This document shows, piece after piece, positions 1 through 13,155 of a stretch of 64,000 nt of DNA. Location: the NCBI RefSeq assembly GCF_006345805.1, contig NW_021833273.1:1-64000 (forward strand). Reading direction: 5' to 3'. A model generated the notes under the pieces. That model was not told where the DNA came from and searched no databases. It worked only from the letters and a program-made list of their open reading frames with translations. The position numbers and the translations under genes are program-made. Positions within the stretch are counted from its first letter, which is position 1, and the number at the start of each line of letters is the position of its first letter. The stretch is from Octopus sinensis (lineage: Eukaryota).

Positions 1-895
1 CCATATATACAAACATGGTACATAGTTGCATAACACACACACACAAGACATGCAGTCACAAGGAGACAGAGGTGCATACATAACAACACATGCTCACACA
101 AACATACGTAGAAAATACACAAACACGAACATGCATGCACATAAATATGCAGGATACGTACATACAGATGCACATACATATACACATATGCATACACACA
201 TATATACATACATACACATGCAAATACACATACATACATACGTACATGCATGCATGTATAGGCACACACACACAGACACTGACCCACACACATGCGCACA
301 AATAAACAAAAGGGAACGCAGTGAAAATAACGGACAGAGTCAAAACTATTGAAAAGGTTGCAAGACGCAACGAAAATTTTAGGAAAATAAAAATAAGAAA
401 AAAATTTTACCGGTGAGTGTAATATATTATAAGGCAAGAAAAAAAAAAGAAGAGGACTCTCCCCAGACACAATAGAATATGTTTCAACACACGCACTTAC
501 AAAAAGAAAAAAGCGAAAATGCACATTGGATATAAAAAATAAAGGCTTTTTTAAAAATAAAAAGTAACGATAAATATAAGCAGTTAGACGAACTGAGGTG
601 GAATTAAGAGGAATAAAAATCATTATTTTGAATTGTTAAAGGGATTGAAAGTCATACCGGTATCGTCAATTTCTGTTCACTGGCTTTGAATGCGCACCGA
701 TTACCAAATGGTGTTAGGTCTACTAGTCTCTGTGTAAAAAGATTATATGCAAGGGAGGTAAGTAGTTCTGGGAGTGGTGCAATTAGGGTAGATGTAATGC
801 TGTAATATGAGTGGTGTATGGAATGTGTGGGAATTAGTGGTATTCATGGTAATATTAGTAGTATTCTGTATTATGTTTAAGTTATATATATATAT

Positions 896-974
<79 letters not shown>

Positions 975-1036
975 GATACATATCTATCTACCTATATATT
1001 CACTTATACATCCATCCATCCATCCATCCATCCATC

Positions 1037-1099
<63 letters not shown>

Positions 1100-1108
1100 C
1101 ATCCATCC

Positions 1109-1149
<41 letters not shown>

Positions 1150-1187
1150 CTATTATCTATCTATCTCTATCTATCTATCTATCTATC

Positions 1188-2497
1188 TTGCGACATCTCA
1201 GGCTCTTCGTAGACGACGGTGAACAGGTGTGGTCGCCGTTTGTGAGGCACGCTTTCCCGCAGCTCGTCTCCATGACCGAACTGCAGTCGTGGATCAAAAA
1301 GAGGCCGAGGAAGGGCGAATGGCACCGCGAGTGTCGCGTTGCTCTCAAGCAACTCTGCCGTCCTAGGTCGACCTTGAGTGACTTCAACACACCAATGCAT
1401 TCTATACGGGATTAGTGGAGGGGAGGTACGACGACGAGCTCGGGGCGAACCTGGACGTCGACGAGGAGACACCTGACCCGCCTGTTCAGGACGACTTTCG
1501 GCCAGGGCCCATGGACAACTTCCAGAGATCCCTGGCCTGGCAGTGCTACCGAGAAGCGCTACCCGTTCGGGATAAGCTCTACAGACACGGCTCGAGAAAC
1601 AGGCCGAACCTGCCCGAGATGCGGTCAGAGTGACGAAACCGTTCTGCACGCACTCGTGCAGTGTCCAACAATTTCCGACCTGTGGCTTATGTCGAACAAC
1701 TGCTGTCACGTGTGGGACGAGTCGGTTTATCAGCTGAGTCTATCGTCAATGTTGTCACGCCTCCTTCCTTCAAACGGGAAGGAAGAGCTATTTTCATCAT
1801 CCTTGTGACTATGGCGAAAGAATGTATATCTGGTGGACGCGTCTGAAAGGATTGGAGAGAAACACTTTCCTCTCTGGTCAATCTCTTCATCAAACTTCTT
1901 CAAGTACCACTTGAAAAGAAAGTGAGAGTAGAGAGGCAAGTTTTGTCCAGCGAATGTTTTAAAAAAAAGATGGGTGAATGTAGCAAGAATGGCACGTATG
2001 AATGACGAAGCCACATTGACCATAATCCTATGAACCCAGAAATTGAAAACAGAGGGTTACCCACTTGCAAACAAATGTGGTAACATATAACATATTGACC
2101 AAGGTTACCGTGGTCTTTTTCGTAGGCTTTTCTTCCCACGGAATAAACTTACTTGCTTTCCCTTTTACACATATATCATACACTGTGATACAACGATCCC
2201 TATTGATCGTTTTTTTTTCCTCTTCCCCTTTTTTTCCCCTTTTTTCTTCTTTTTTCATTTCTCTTTTCTTTTGTTCCTTTTCCTTTTCTTTTTTTTCTTT
2301 TTATTCTTTTTATTTTTTATTTCATTTATTTATTTATTTTTGTTCTTTTCTTCCCTTTTACGATCCCTCTTGATCGAAAACCTACGCCACCCCCTTTTTT
2401 TCTTTTGTTTTTTGTTTTTTTTCATCCCCCAAAAGAAAAGCTCTACCTTGTAACTTGTCCCATCTGTGTGCAGCCCTGTGTGGCCAATAAATAAACT
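1188..2497 (+). mobile_element. 5'-truncated Tx1/L1-clade LINE (ORF2 C-terminus with zf-RVT, 3' UTR), frameshifted
   Basis: Frames join to LRHLRLFVDDGEQVWSPFVR...PMDNFQRSLAWQCYREALPVRDKLYRHG..CPRCGQSDETVLHALVQCP; T-rich 3' UTR ends GCCCTGTGTGGCCAATAAA; homologous to 30468-32433; flanked by TATC repeats. Confidence 0.85.
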
Positions 2498-2785
2498 TAT
2501 CTATCATCTATCTACCAATGTACATGTAGATAAATGCATTTCCATGAATATATGTAGATACATAGATAGATACATATACATATACATACACACACACACA
2601 CGCATATATATATATATTTTCGTTTCTCGTTGAGTTTTACGTCTATTTGTGGTGTCCTGTACACACGTATATATATTTATATATGCATGTATATATACAT
2701 GTAGATGTAGGTACGTACATATATGTTTGTATGTATGCATATATTTTATTTATTACACTATATATATATATGTATGTATATTATA

Positions 2786-2855
<70 letters not shown>

Positions 2856-2859
<4 letters not shown>

Positions 2860-3060
2860 TAATCCAAACAAGAAAGCACAAAGAAAACACAACAACGCGA
2901 GACGTGGAACGAATATAGTATTATTGGATGGACGCTCAGGAAAAGGAAAGAAGGAGGGTTTAACGTTCGAGCGGAGCTCTTCGTCGGAAACATAGGAGAA
3001 GGAAAGATCCAGAGAAGGGAAGAGAGAGGGAAAAAAATCGCCAACGTTACACACGAGTCA
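2856..3060 (-). mobile_element. Penelope-like terminal repeat (pLTR) fragment with hammerhead motif
   Basis: Minus strand has hammerhead-like core followed by TTTCCTGAGCG...AATAC and a T-rich tail, shared with 57340-57650; next to (TA)n. Confidence 0.6.
2958..2991 (-). ncRNA. Minimal type I hammerhead ribozyme motif (variant/degenerate core)
   Basis: GTTT-CCGACGA-A-GAGC(TCC)GCTC-GAA-CGTT-AAAC; stem I GTTT/AAAC, stem II GAGC/GCTC; one A missing from GAAA. Confidence 0.55.
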
Positions 3061-3183
3061 CCCACACACACATATTACATTATATATATAATATAATATA
3101 TAATATTCACATAAATGCATTTATATACATAAGCATATTGTGTACATACATCACTTATATATATATGTGTATATATATATAAT

Positions 3184-3235
<52 letters not shown>

Positions 3236-4687
3236 AGCTATATCGTATATTGCTTAAATAATATATATCTTTTGTTATGTATTTGAGGGTATGTCATACG
3301 TATAGATATTTAGAGTCATACATATAGATATGTGTAGTCACACATATAGATTTACGCACACACGCTCCCACGTTCGCATGGATTTCTATATATGCACTTG
3401 TCTGTGCAGGTGCGTATAAAGATATGTTAACGTAGGGGTGAATCGTTGTATGTGTATGTGTGTGTCAGTACTTTTGCATTAGTCTCCGTATGTGTATGGA
3501 TGTTAGTGTTAACATGCGTGTGTGTGTGCGTGTGCGCGCGTGTATATTTTGCAATGTGAGAGCGTCTTGTAGAATGTGCAGTATGTGTGTGTCGTTGCGT
3601 GCAGTGTTTCTATGTGTGAGTGTGTGTGAATGTCTATATCTGTTGTTTGTTTTTTTTTGCGTGCGTTCAAATATGCATGAATGTATCTTTGTCAATCATA
3701 GTGTAGATCTGTGTATATGTCCCTATGTGCATCTTTGTGAACGTGTGTGTGCGTGCATGTGTGTGTGTGTGCGTGTGTGTGTATATGTGTGAATAATCAT
3801 AAAACAATAAAATACAAATATGTAAATAAATAAAAACGAGTGTAGTACGGATACGGGAAATAATAAAAAAAATGAATTAATTAAAAACAAACAGTAAAAC
3901 AAATGAGTGAAACCGGCTTTCAAGATAAAAATACAAAATGTAAAGAAAAAAATGAACAGAAAATGAACAAAAATGAAAAACATTGAAGACCACTGGGGTT
4001 ACATGGATAGAACCAATGAACAGTTGTCACGTGGCACACGTGATAAACCGACAATTCCGTGCTGGGTAGGTCAGTTTAGGGGAGTAGGATGGTAAAAAAG
4101 TTACGGAAAGCCTGCATAACATATGACGTTGTCAACGGGTGGTGAATCTCACGGTGTATTCACAGATACTCTCTCACACTACACGTATATATTCATAAAA
4201 TATGCACCACACACATACACGCACGCATACACACATTTCACTTATTGTCTTTCCTGCCTATCTACATACACACACACACATATGTTTTATTTATTAATAT
4301 ATGTATGTATATATATATTTATACATACATAATACATACATGCATACATACATATACACACACACACACACACACTTATATATATATATATATATATACA
4401 CACACGCGCGCAATCTTTCTCTCAGGCCCGCTTGCAATCACCCATACAATTAAAACACGCATTTTAGCACGTACACACAGACTGATTTATATAAGCAGAC
4501 AAACATATATAAAGGTGTACTTTAAGTAATAAATACGTATGACTAATGTAAAATAGAGAACAACTCACACGCAGACATATATACACATGTCGAGGTATAT
4601 ATGCATGTACATGTGCACATACACCATTCATACATACATACATCTATACATACAAACACGTATGCATGTACATGCATACATACAGAC

Positions 4688-4754
<67 letters not shown>

Positions 4755-4800
4755 CGTATACAGATATAGATATGCAAATATAGGCATATATTGATATAAT

Positions 4801-4836
<36 letters not shown>

Positions 4837-5120
4837 CATACATATGCATATCAATCTACATTTGGGTGTGTTTGTATGTGTGTGTGTGTGTGTGTGGTGT
4901 GTGTGTGTGTGTGTGGTGTGTATGTGTGTGTGTGTATGTGTATACATATATACAAACACAAAATTTGCAGGATAACACCCACACAAGCGCTCATATGAGG
5001 ATCCATAGATACAGAACATTCTCTAAATACACACGCATGAATACACGAGTGTAATGTTCGTACGTGTTTGCGTGTATTCGTGTCTAGGCGTATATGTGTG
5101 TATAGGTATGTATGTGTGCG

Positions 5121-5168
<48 letters not shown>

Positions 5169-5439
5169 GTGTGTGTGAGTGTGTGCACGCGCTTGTGCAA
5201 TTGCGTGTTTGCGGTAGTGGACATGGAGTGAGAAAAATCTACATTTTGTCCACGGTTGTTGTGGACATATGTGATAATCAATCTTGATTATTGCAATTAT
5301 TAAATGTGACAGAGGTGTATGGGTGTATATACAGAAGTATGTGTATATACATATATCTACACACACACACGCACAAGGTTTGTTGATATTATATATGTAT
5401 CTCTTTATACGCCTATATCTATCTATGTGTATATGTTTG

Positions 5440-5960
5440 AGATATTTTGATGTGGTGTGAAAGAAGGAAAGTTGTAAATATAGTTGAGTTAACGGTTCCT
5501 CATGAAGATAATATGGACGCCGCTCGGGCTCGAAAATTTAGCCGTTATGTAAACCTCCTCGAGGAATGTGAAGACGCAGGCTGGAAAGCGGAACATCTTC
5601 CAATCGAAGTCGGATGTAGAAGGTTCGTTGGATACCGTGTGAGACGACTGTTGTTATCGCTAGGCCTAACTCATCGTAAAGTCAATACCACCATGACCGA
5701 TATCCAATCTAGAGTGGAGAAGGCTAGCCACTGGATTTGGTTAAAAAGAGACGATGAGCGATGGCTAGAAGGATATTGAGCTTTATTTGATAATCAGCTG
5801 ATCTAGTAAGCGGGGCCTCATATCAGTGAGGGGGGGCCAGTGCGCATTGATGTCGTCGAGAGGTAGGCCCCGAAACGGCGCGCATTCTCTCCTGATGACC
5901 CCATACACTTGGTGGCTTCCGGTATACAGAGCTTTTGACTGGTAGCACTTGCATGTGCAA
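5440..5960 (+). mobile_element. Hero-type (RLE-bearing) non-LTR retrotransposon 3' fragment
   Basis: DILMW..IVELTVPHEDN..RK..Y..L..C...GW....PIEVGCR..EKASHWIWLKR; stop at 5777-5779 followed by GC-rich 3' UTR. Confidence 0.8.
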
Positions 5961-6153
5961 GTTGTTTGCAAGACATATAAATGTTTGTGTGTATATAATA
6001 TATGCATAGAAATGTATATTCGTTTTATGTGTGTGCATAACTTTCATCTATCGTCAACGTCAGGAGAAAAACACCACCAAGCATTCATGTATGTATGTAT
6101 GTATGTATGTATGTATGTATGTATGTATGTATGTATGTATGTATGCTTGCATC

Positions 6154-6231
<78 letters not shown>

Positions 6232-6451
6232 ACACACGCAATTCTTCTAGGTGGTGCTCCAGTAGGTTCGCAGTCTAATAATCGAAAGAAGCAAAAGAAA
6301 ACAGGGGAGATAATTTCATACGAATAAAACACAAGGAAGAACAGCGCGATTGTTATTAATGTTATTAATGTTTAAACAGTTGATTGATAAATGCAAAATA
6401 TTTATCCTTCATTCATCAATTTATTCTATCCCCCAAAATGCAAAGCTCGTG

Positions 6452-6488
<37 letters not shown>

Positions 6489-6572
6489 TGTGTGTGCGTG
6501 CGCGCGCGCGTTTGTGTGTGTGCCTGGTTGTGTGAATTTGCACACACACATACACCCCCCGCCCATATATAT

Positions 6573-6604
<32 letters not shown>

Positions 6605-6825
6605 GTTAGATGGATAGATAGATATAGATATACAAATAGTTGTTTAAGTGCTTTTGTATACAAATGACATTGGGATGAAGATTTACTTCCCTTTACCCCA
6701 CAACAGCTAAACCTTTGTCTAAAACCATCAGCCAGAAAGGTCTTGATTATTGAGATCATCCCATTCCCTCTCAAGCGAGTGTGTTACCACCAGCTTTACC
6801 ATTATCTAGAAGCGAAGAAAATATT

Positions 6826-6935
6826 GCTTTCAAATTTTTGCACAAGGCCAGCAAGTTCAGGGGATGGGTTAAGTCGATCAGATCGAACCCAAGGTTCAAC
6901 TGATACTTAATTTATCGATCCCGAAAGAATGAATG
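6826..6935 (-). mobile_element. SINE family B fragment (Meta-domain-like core)
   Basis: Reverse complement CTTTCGGGATCGATAAATTAAGTATCAG...GGCCTTGTGCAAAAATTTGAAA matches 25379-25590. Confidence 0.7.
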
Positions 6936-7191
6936 ACATATTAAGATTTATCCTAGATGCTATTTATTCATCTTTGTTTTCCAGCTCCACGTCCCTGACC
7001 ATTCTGCGTTGATTCATTGTATTTTGTTTTAATTACACGCACACACACGCGCACGCGCGCACAATCACACACGCACACACAGACACACACACAGACACAG
7101 ACACAGACACAACACACACACACACACACACACACACGCACGCATGTGTGTAAGTCTCTTTTTGCACTGTGTGTGTGTGTGTATATATATA

Positions 7192-7222
<31 letters not shown>

Positions 7223-8191
7223 GTATGAATTATGTATGTATGTGTATATATATATATGTGTGTGTGTGTGTGTTTGTACGTATGTGTGTGTGTATGTATA
7301 AATATATGTGTACACAAATGCGCGTGCCTCTCTGTCTCTCTCTCTATATATATACACACATACACACACACGCGCGCGCGTATATTTTTCTATACACATA
7401 CATATAGGCACGAAAATGAATATGTTTAGCATGAGTTCATTTATATATTCATTTCTCGGTCCCGCCAATTATAATGGTGGTCAGCATGGCGTCTCCATCG
7501 CATGTGTGGACGTGCGTCTTCCGCGAGAGGGCGTCTTGTCACGTGTATGTGATTTTAGCGATTGTTCCGGTGGCGGAACAACGTACGTCACTGGATGAGG
7601 GGCAACATCCGTCTGGCGATGGTCAGAGGGGAGGATGAGAAGGTATATCTGTGCATCCGGTTCTCTAAGTAACACAGAATGTTCTGCAAAGATCGATAGA
7701 ACCAATCCATATTGCTCTGTTGTCCTGCCCACATCTTAACACTTATCGACCCACTTTTCAGCCAGCTTCCTCTCACTCTCTCTCACACTCTCTCACTCTC
7801 TTCCTCTTCTCTCTCTCTCTCTCTCTCTCTCACGCACTCTATCTCCTGTTCATTTTTTTTGTCCTCTGCATTCTATTTTATTTATCAGGTTTCTTAATCT
7901 CTCTCTCCCCGCCTATCTCTAGCTAACATATAATCTGTCCATCTGCAATTCGGAGTCTCCTACCTCTTTCTGTTATTTCTATGCGTGTGCATAATGCACA
8001 AAAGCAAATACACACACACACTCACACACGCACACGCGCACTCACGCACGCACACTAACACATACATATACATACATTCATACACACACGCACACACACA
8101 CCACACACATATATATATGTATATATGTATGTATGTATGATTTATATATATATAATATATATATATATTATATATATATATATAATATATA

Positions 8192-8226
<35 letters not shown>

Positions 8227-8227
<1 letters not shown>

Positions 8228-8531
8228 GAGGCGCAATGGCCTAGTGGTTAGGGCACGCGACTCGCGGTCGTAGGATCGCGGTTTCGATTCCCAGATCGGC
8301 GTTGTGAGTGTTTATTGAGTGAAAACACCTAAAGCTCCACGCGGCTCCGGCAGGGGGTGGTGGAGATCCCTGCTGTACTCTTTCGCCACAACTTTCTCTC
8401 ACTCTTTCTTCTGTTGTCCTGCTCGCTTAGCCAGCGGGGTGGCGTCATTTGAAGGCTAAAACAATGCGAAGCGCATTGTGACCAGCGATATGTAACAACA
8501 TCTGATAGCCTGGTCAGTCACGTCGATCACG

Positions 8532-8534
<3 letters not shown>
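8227..8534 (+). mobile_element. tRNA-derived SINE family C, full length
   Basis: A box TGGCCTAGTGG, B box GTTTCGATTCC; tail GCATTGTGACCAGCGAT recurs near 47410 and 55926; flanked by (TA)n. Confidence 0.8.
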
Positions 8535-8579
<45 letters not shown>

Positions 8580-8634
8580 TGTATGCACGTAAGTGTATAT
8601 GCATGTATTTTTGCATTAAAAGTCTTACACTTTT

Positions 8635-8810
8635 AACGACTTCAATCATTGGATGACGGCCAGACTGGGTTCCTCTTGATGAATTTTTATCGATGAATTT
8701 AATCCAGGATACTTATTTTTTTAGGTCTCTTTTTGTCGGACAGCTAAGTTACAGAAACTTAAACAATCCAACATCGGTTGTCAAAGCGTTTGGGGGAGAC
8801 AAACACAAGC
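8635..8810 (-). mobile_element. SINE family A 3' fragment (diverged)
   Basis: GCTAAGTTAC...AACATCGGTTGTCAAAGCG matches the reverse complement of family A 3' half. Confidence 0.6.
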
Positions 8811-9679
8811 ACGAAACGCATACGCTTACACATATTCATAGAAATGTATATGTGTGTGTGTGTATGTGCTTGTGCGCGTGTGTGTGTGTGTGTGTGGATG
8901 TGTTTTCATGACCGTGTGTATTCATAGAAATCGATATGTGTGTGTGTGTATGTGCTTGTGTGTGTGTGTGTGGATGTGTTTTCATGACCGTGTGTATACA
9001 TACGTACGTGGACACACGTATAAGAAATATTGTTTTGGGGTTTGGAAATGTGCCTAACTCTTAAAAGGCATAGTTAAAAATATCCAAGTCGTAGTAAATA
9101 AGGAAAGTAAATGAGAAATATAAAGCAAAACTCAATACTTTATAACACCACAAAATAAGTTAGAAAACAGTTTATTCGACTCAACGAAAAACGACTAGAA
9201 AATCAAAAATGATAAAAGCAAACTAAAAAGTGAAGGGTTCCCGGAATTCGAAACCCTAATTTTAAGCCACTGTGTAGTTATGTTTTTTCGACATTATTTA
9301 CTGACGTCACCCTAAGTCTGACCAATAGGATTTTGATTTTGGTTAAAAGTGGACACTGCAAAAAAGAAAAGGGAAAACACAAGTGATGCAATTAAACATT
9401 CAGCAGACCATGACATAAGAAAAACAAGTGACGTGTTAAGGGAGTCAGCCGACTGGAACCCTGGAAGAAACAAGTGACCAAAACATTTGATGAACAAATG
9501 AAATTTTTAGGCATTCAACCAATCAGCATCGAAAGGTTCCTTGACTACTCGTATTACTTTTGTGTCGTCGGCATAGCTAGTAATTGTGGAGAGTTAGGAT
9601 GGAGGAATGGTAGGTGAGGGGGAAAAGGAAGCTAGTAAAGATGGGGTGAGGGGGGGAGAGAGAGCAGAGGCACGGTCAA

Positions 9680-9955
9680 CGGATCATGCTTGGACAAAGG
9701 GAGTTTGCATAATGGTGAGGGGATATCCACCACTTAGGATGAAGTGGCGAGCCATGAGTTGGGATTAGGTCTCAAAATCATGGCCACCACTGCAGAGACA
9801 GCGTAGACGGAAGAACTGGGGATAGGGAATGGAGAATTTGGTGTGGGTAGAATAGGAGGAGAAAAAGTTGAGATAGGAGTGTGAGTCTATGTGTTTGTAG
9901 TGGATGGCGGTGGTAAATGCGGAGTGGTATATACTAAGGGTCGGATCCAGGGATC
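9680..9955 (-). mobile_element. Penelope-like element RT thumb fragment (pseudogene)
   Basis: LDPTLSI..TTAIHYKHIDSHSYLNF.SSYSTHTKFSIPYPQFFRLRCLCS...DF...GYP fits the PLE RT C-terminal signature (YKPTD..YL...S.HP...SIP.SQF.RLRR.CS). Confidence 0.75.
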
Positions 9956-10411
9956 CAAGTGTAGGACGTTTTGTTAACTTCAAGTAGTGCGTAACAGGCA
10001 TAGAAAACAAAAAGTGGACAGTTTATTGACATCAAAGGTTACACCCTTTCCCCCCATATCGAAGTTACTAGGAAATTCGATGAGCTGAAAGTGTCTGTGT
10101 TGCTCATGGTTAGTAACTAAAGTTGCTATGAATGCGAATGAAAATCTTAATTGAAGGAGTGGAACGGTTAAAATCCAGGCTACGTGTTTCTTAGCTTGCT
10201 GATCCTCTGATAAAATAATTAGTCAATGATGAGTACTCAACTTAGCTATACATCAGACCGAGAATACATTAATTGCTCGAAGGTTGCATTCTCACTTAAA
10301 ATTCTCAAGTAGGTTTTTTTCAACTTATATCTGCGGTGAATTCACTTGGGAATTCCAAGCAACAATGTAACGTTCGTGTGATTAAGGTATTCTCGGCCTG
10401 ATGATTAGCTA

Positions 10412-11215
10412 AGTTGATTTCCGAGATATAGCACACCCCCCACCCCCGCAGATCATCACAGTTCCTTCTCCGTGTTTAAGAGTTGGAATAAGGCAATCTG
10501 GGTCAAATGCTTCTTTTGGCTGTCTCCACACGTATACCCGTCCGGTGGATGGAAATAAAGTAAAGGATGACTCGTCCAAGAAAATAACATTCTTCAACTG
10601 CTCTAGGGACCAATTCTGTAGGTTTTTACTGCACTCTAAATGCTTTGCAACGTTTGTTTTTGGAAGTAGTGGTTTTCTGATTGCAACCCTCCCACGAAAT
10701 CCGGCTTTGCGCAGCTCCTGGCGAACAGTTTTTGTAGAAACTGGGCTCTCGAGGTGGTCATTAAGCTCTGCAGCAATTTTTGGAGCTGTACTTTTGTGAT
10801 CCTTTCTAACAATTAGCGTAAGAATCCGACGGTCCCTATCTGAAGGTTTTGGTTTTCTTCCGGAGTTTTGTTTCGACGAGGAGGTTTTCCCTCTTTCTCA
10901 AAGGCTGTCATTACTTTTGAGACAGTACTTCTTGATACACCAAACATTTCGGCTGTTTTTGTTACGCTAGCGCCTGGCATAAGAGCACCAACAATTTGAC
11001 CTCTTTCAAAGACCGATAGATCTGTCATTTTAATGAATTTTAATTACCTTATTCTGATGATATCTGAAAAGCAACAGCAATTTTAGCAAAACATATTAAG
11101 CAACACTAATAATAAATCAAAAAACAAAAATAAACAAGCTGTTGCCGTTTTTACAGATATTTCAAAATTATGATGCTATGATGCTAGGTGTTTCTATTAT
11201 TTTGTCCAACATCTG
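10412..11215 (-). mobile_element. Tc1-like DNA transposon, 3'-truncated, frameshifted transposase
   Basis: MTDLSVFERGQIVG..GASVTKTAEMFGVSRSTVSKV (HTH) and VIFLDESSFTLF..GRVYVWRQPKE..TLKHGEGTVMI; terminal CAGATGTTGGACAAAATAATAGAAACAC beside a TA tract. Confidence 0.85.
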
Positions 11216-11285
11216 TGTATATATAAATATAAATATAAATAAAATATAAATATAAATATAAATATAAATATAAATATAAATATAA

Positions 11286-11324
<39 letters not shown>

Positions 11325-11326
<2 letters not shown>

Positions 11327-11703
11327 AGCAAAACGCCCCCTGTCCAATGGACGGTGCTGAGTTGTCAAACATTTAAACCAAATTTTCTCAAAACAACTTG
11401 TCCGACCGTCCCATAGGCCTCCCCTTTGAGAAACACTGATTTAACCTACATTTGAGACCCCAGCAAAAGAAGAAATAAAGATAGACTTTTTTCTATTGCA
11501 AGAAAAACGATTTTACAAATGCACGTTCCCACGGCTTTATCGATCGCATTCTCACCTGGAATCGATTTTTTGTAATTTTTTCAAGACTTATAAACACCCT
11601 GATACCGTCGGTATCTACATATCAAATTTGAGTGCAATCGGATGGAGGATGCCAGAGATCCTAGAAAACACACACACAGACAGAACGGATAATATATAAT
11701 AGA
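11325..11703 (-). mobile_element. Non-autonomous Helitron, apparently complete (~380 bp)
   Basis: Minus strand: A|TCTATTATATATT...CTGTCTGTG 5' end; 3' hairpin CCGTCCATTGGACAGG then CTGG|T; A/T insertion site with no TSD. Confidence 0.7.
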
Positions 11704-11719
11704 TAAGCACACACACACA

Positions 11720-11847
<128 letters not shown>

Positions 11848-12201
11848 GGATAAAATCATGTAAAGCTATATTAAGTGGTCAGCATGTGGTAAAGTTATGA
11901 TAAAATAATCTATATGTATAAAACTGAGAATGTGTGTCTGTCTATCTGTCTGTCTGTGTGAATCCCTAAAACTTGAGAACTACACAACCAATTTCATTCA
12001 AATTTTACACATGCCTTACTTAGGGTCCATGTAGTGTCATGGGCAAAACATTTTTTTAACTTCTTGCCGAGGGCGAGCCCACAGCAATATCATATCGTCT
12101 CCACTATTTCAGTATTACGTGTTAAAAGTGAAACAAAACATCTCTCAATTGTAATGTCAGACGCTTTCACTTTAATACTGAAACTGTTAAAGTGTAACTA
12201 T

Positions 12202-12348
12202 TATATAAGACGGATGAACTGTTACTGGACATCCATTACGCTAGAAGAAGATCCGCTATCGTCTTACTACTAACAAAGGAATGGTAAGACCATAGTGGAT
12301 CTTCTTCTACCATAATGGATGTCCACTAACAGCTCATCCCTCTTATAT
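12202..12348. repeat. Foldback/MITE-like inverted repeat (~67-bp arms, ~13-nt spacer)
   Basis: TATATAAGACGGATGAACTGTTACTGGACATCCATTA..TAGAAGAAGATCC pairs with GGATCTTCTTCTA..TAATGGATGTCCACTAACAGCTCATCCCTCTTATATA. Confidence 0.85.
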
Positions 12349-12569
12349 ATATGTAATATAATTTTTTCTGAAACTTCAGACTTTTCAATATGCTACACCA
12401 CTGGTTTTAAATTGATATTAATCAAATTAATATTCAATTTTTCACCATTCAGCCGAAATTGCGAGGATGATCCGGTTCTTGACTGAAGATGGAAGGCTTC
12501 GAATGTCCCGTGATTTTTGTATCATCTTCTAAATGTTTTGCGTTCTTGTCACAGTTTGTATTTTTTTAA

Positions 12570-12618
<49 letters not shown>

Positions 12619-12836
12619 GTAATATATATGTATAATATATATATATATATACATGTAGTATATATATACATGTATATATATGGATGTATATATATACATG
12701 TATATATATAGATGTATATGTATACATGTATATGTGTAGATGTATATATATATAGATGTACATGTAATATATACACATATATATATACACATATATACAT
12801 GCATACATATATATACCCATACACACATACATATAT

Positions 12837-13155
12837 AGGTGCAGGTGTGGCTGTGTGGTAACAAACTTCGTTCCAAAACACATGATCCTGGGTTCAGTCC
12901 TACTGTGTGGTGACTTGGCATGCATTTTCTGCTATAACCTCAGACCAACCAAAGCCTTGTCAGTGGATTTTGTAGACAGAAACTGAAAAAAATCAATTGT
13001 ACATATATGTATGTATATATGTAAGTCTATGTGTGTGTCTTTGTGTTTCTCCCTCAGCACTGCTTCACAACTGCTGCTCGTTTATTTACAGCCCCATAAC
13101 TTACTGGTTTCACAAAAAGAAACTGATAGAATAAGTACCAGGCTTATCAACATAA
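12837..13155 (+). mobile_element. tRNA-derived SINE family A (diverged, 3'-truncated)
   Basis: GTGGCTGTGTGGTAA...GGGTTCAGTCC head; CCAAAGCCTTGTCAGTGGATTTTGTAGACAGAAACTGAA body. Confidence 0.75.

Noticed and set aside
400-880. Possible retroelement 3' end on the minus strand
   Set aside because: Short reading frames without a diagnostic motif
7450-7745. GC-richer island resembling a decayed LINE endonuclease
   Set aside because: No catalytic motif could be recovered in any frame
8227-8300. tRNA-like sequence
   Set aside because: It has A/B boxes but no complete cloverleaf, and it continues into a SINE body whose tail is repeated elsewhere
12480-12510. CTGAAGA-TGGAAGGCTTC-GAATGTC hammerhead-like string
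   Set aside because: GAAA is incomplete and there is no convincing stem I
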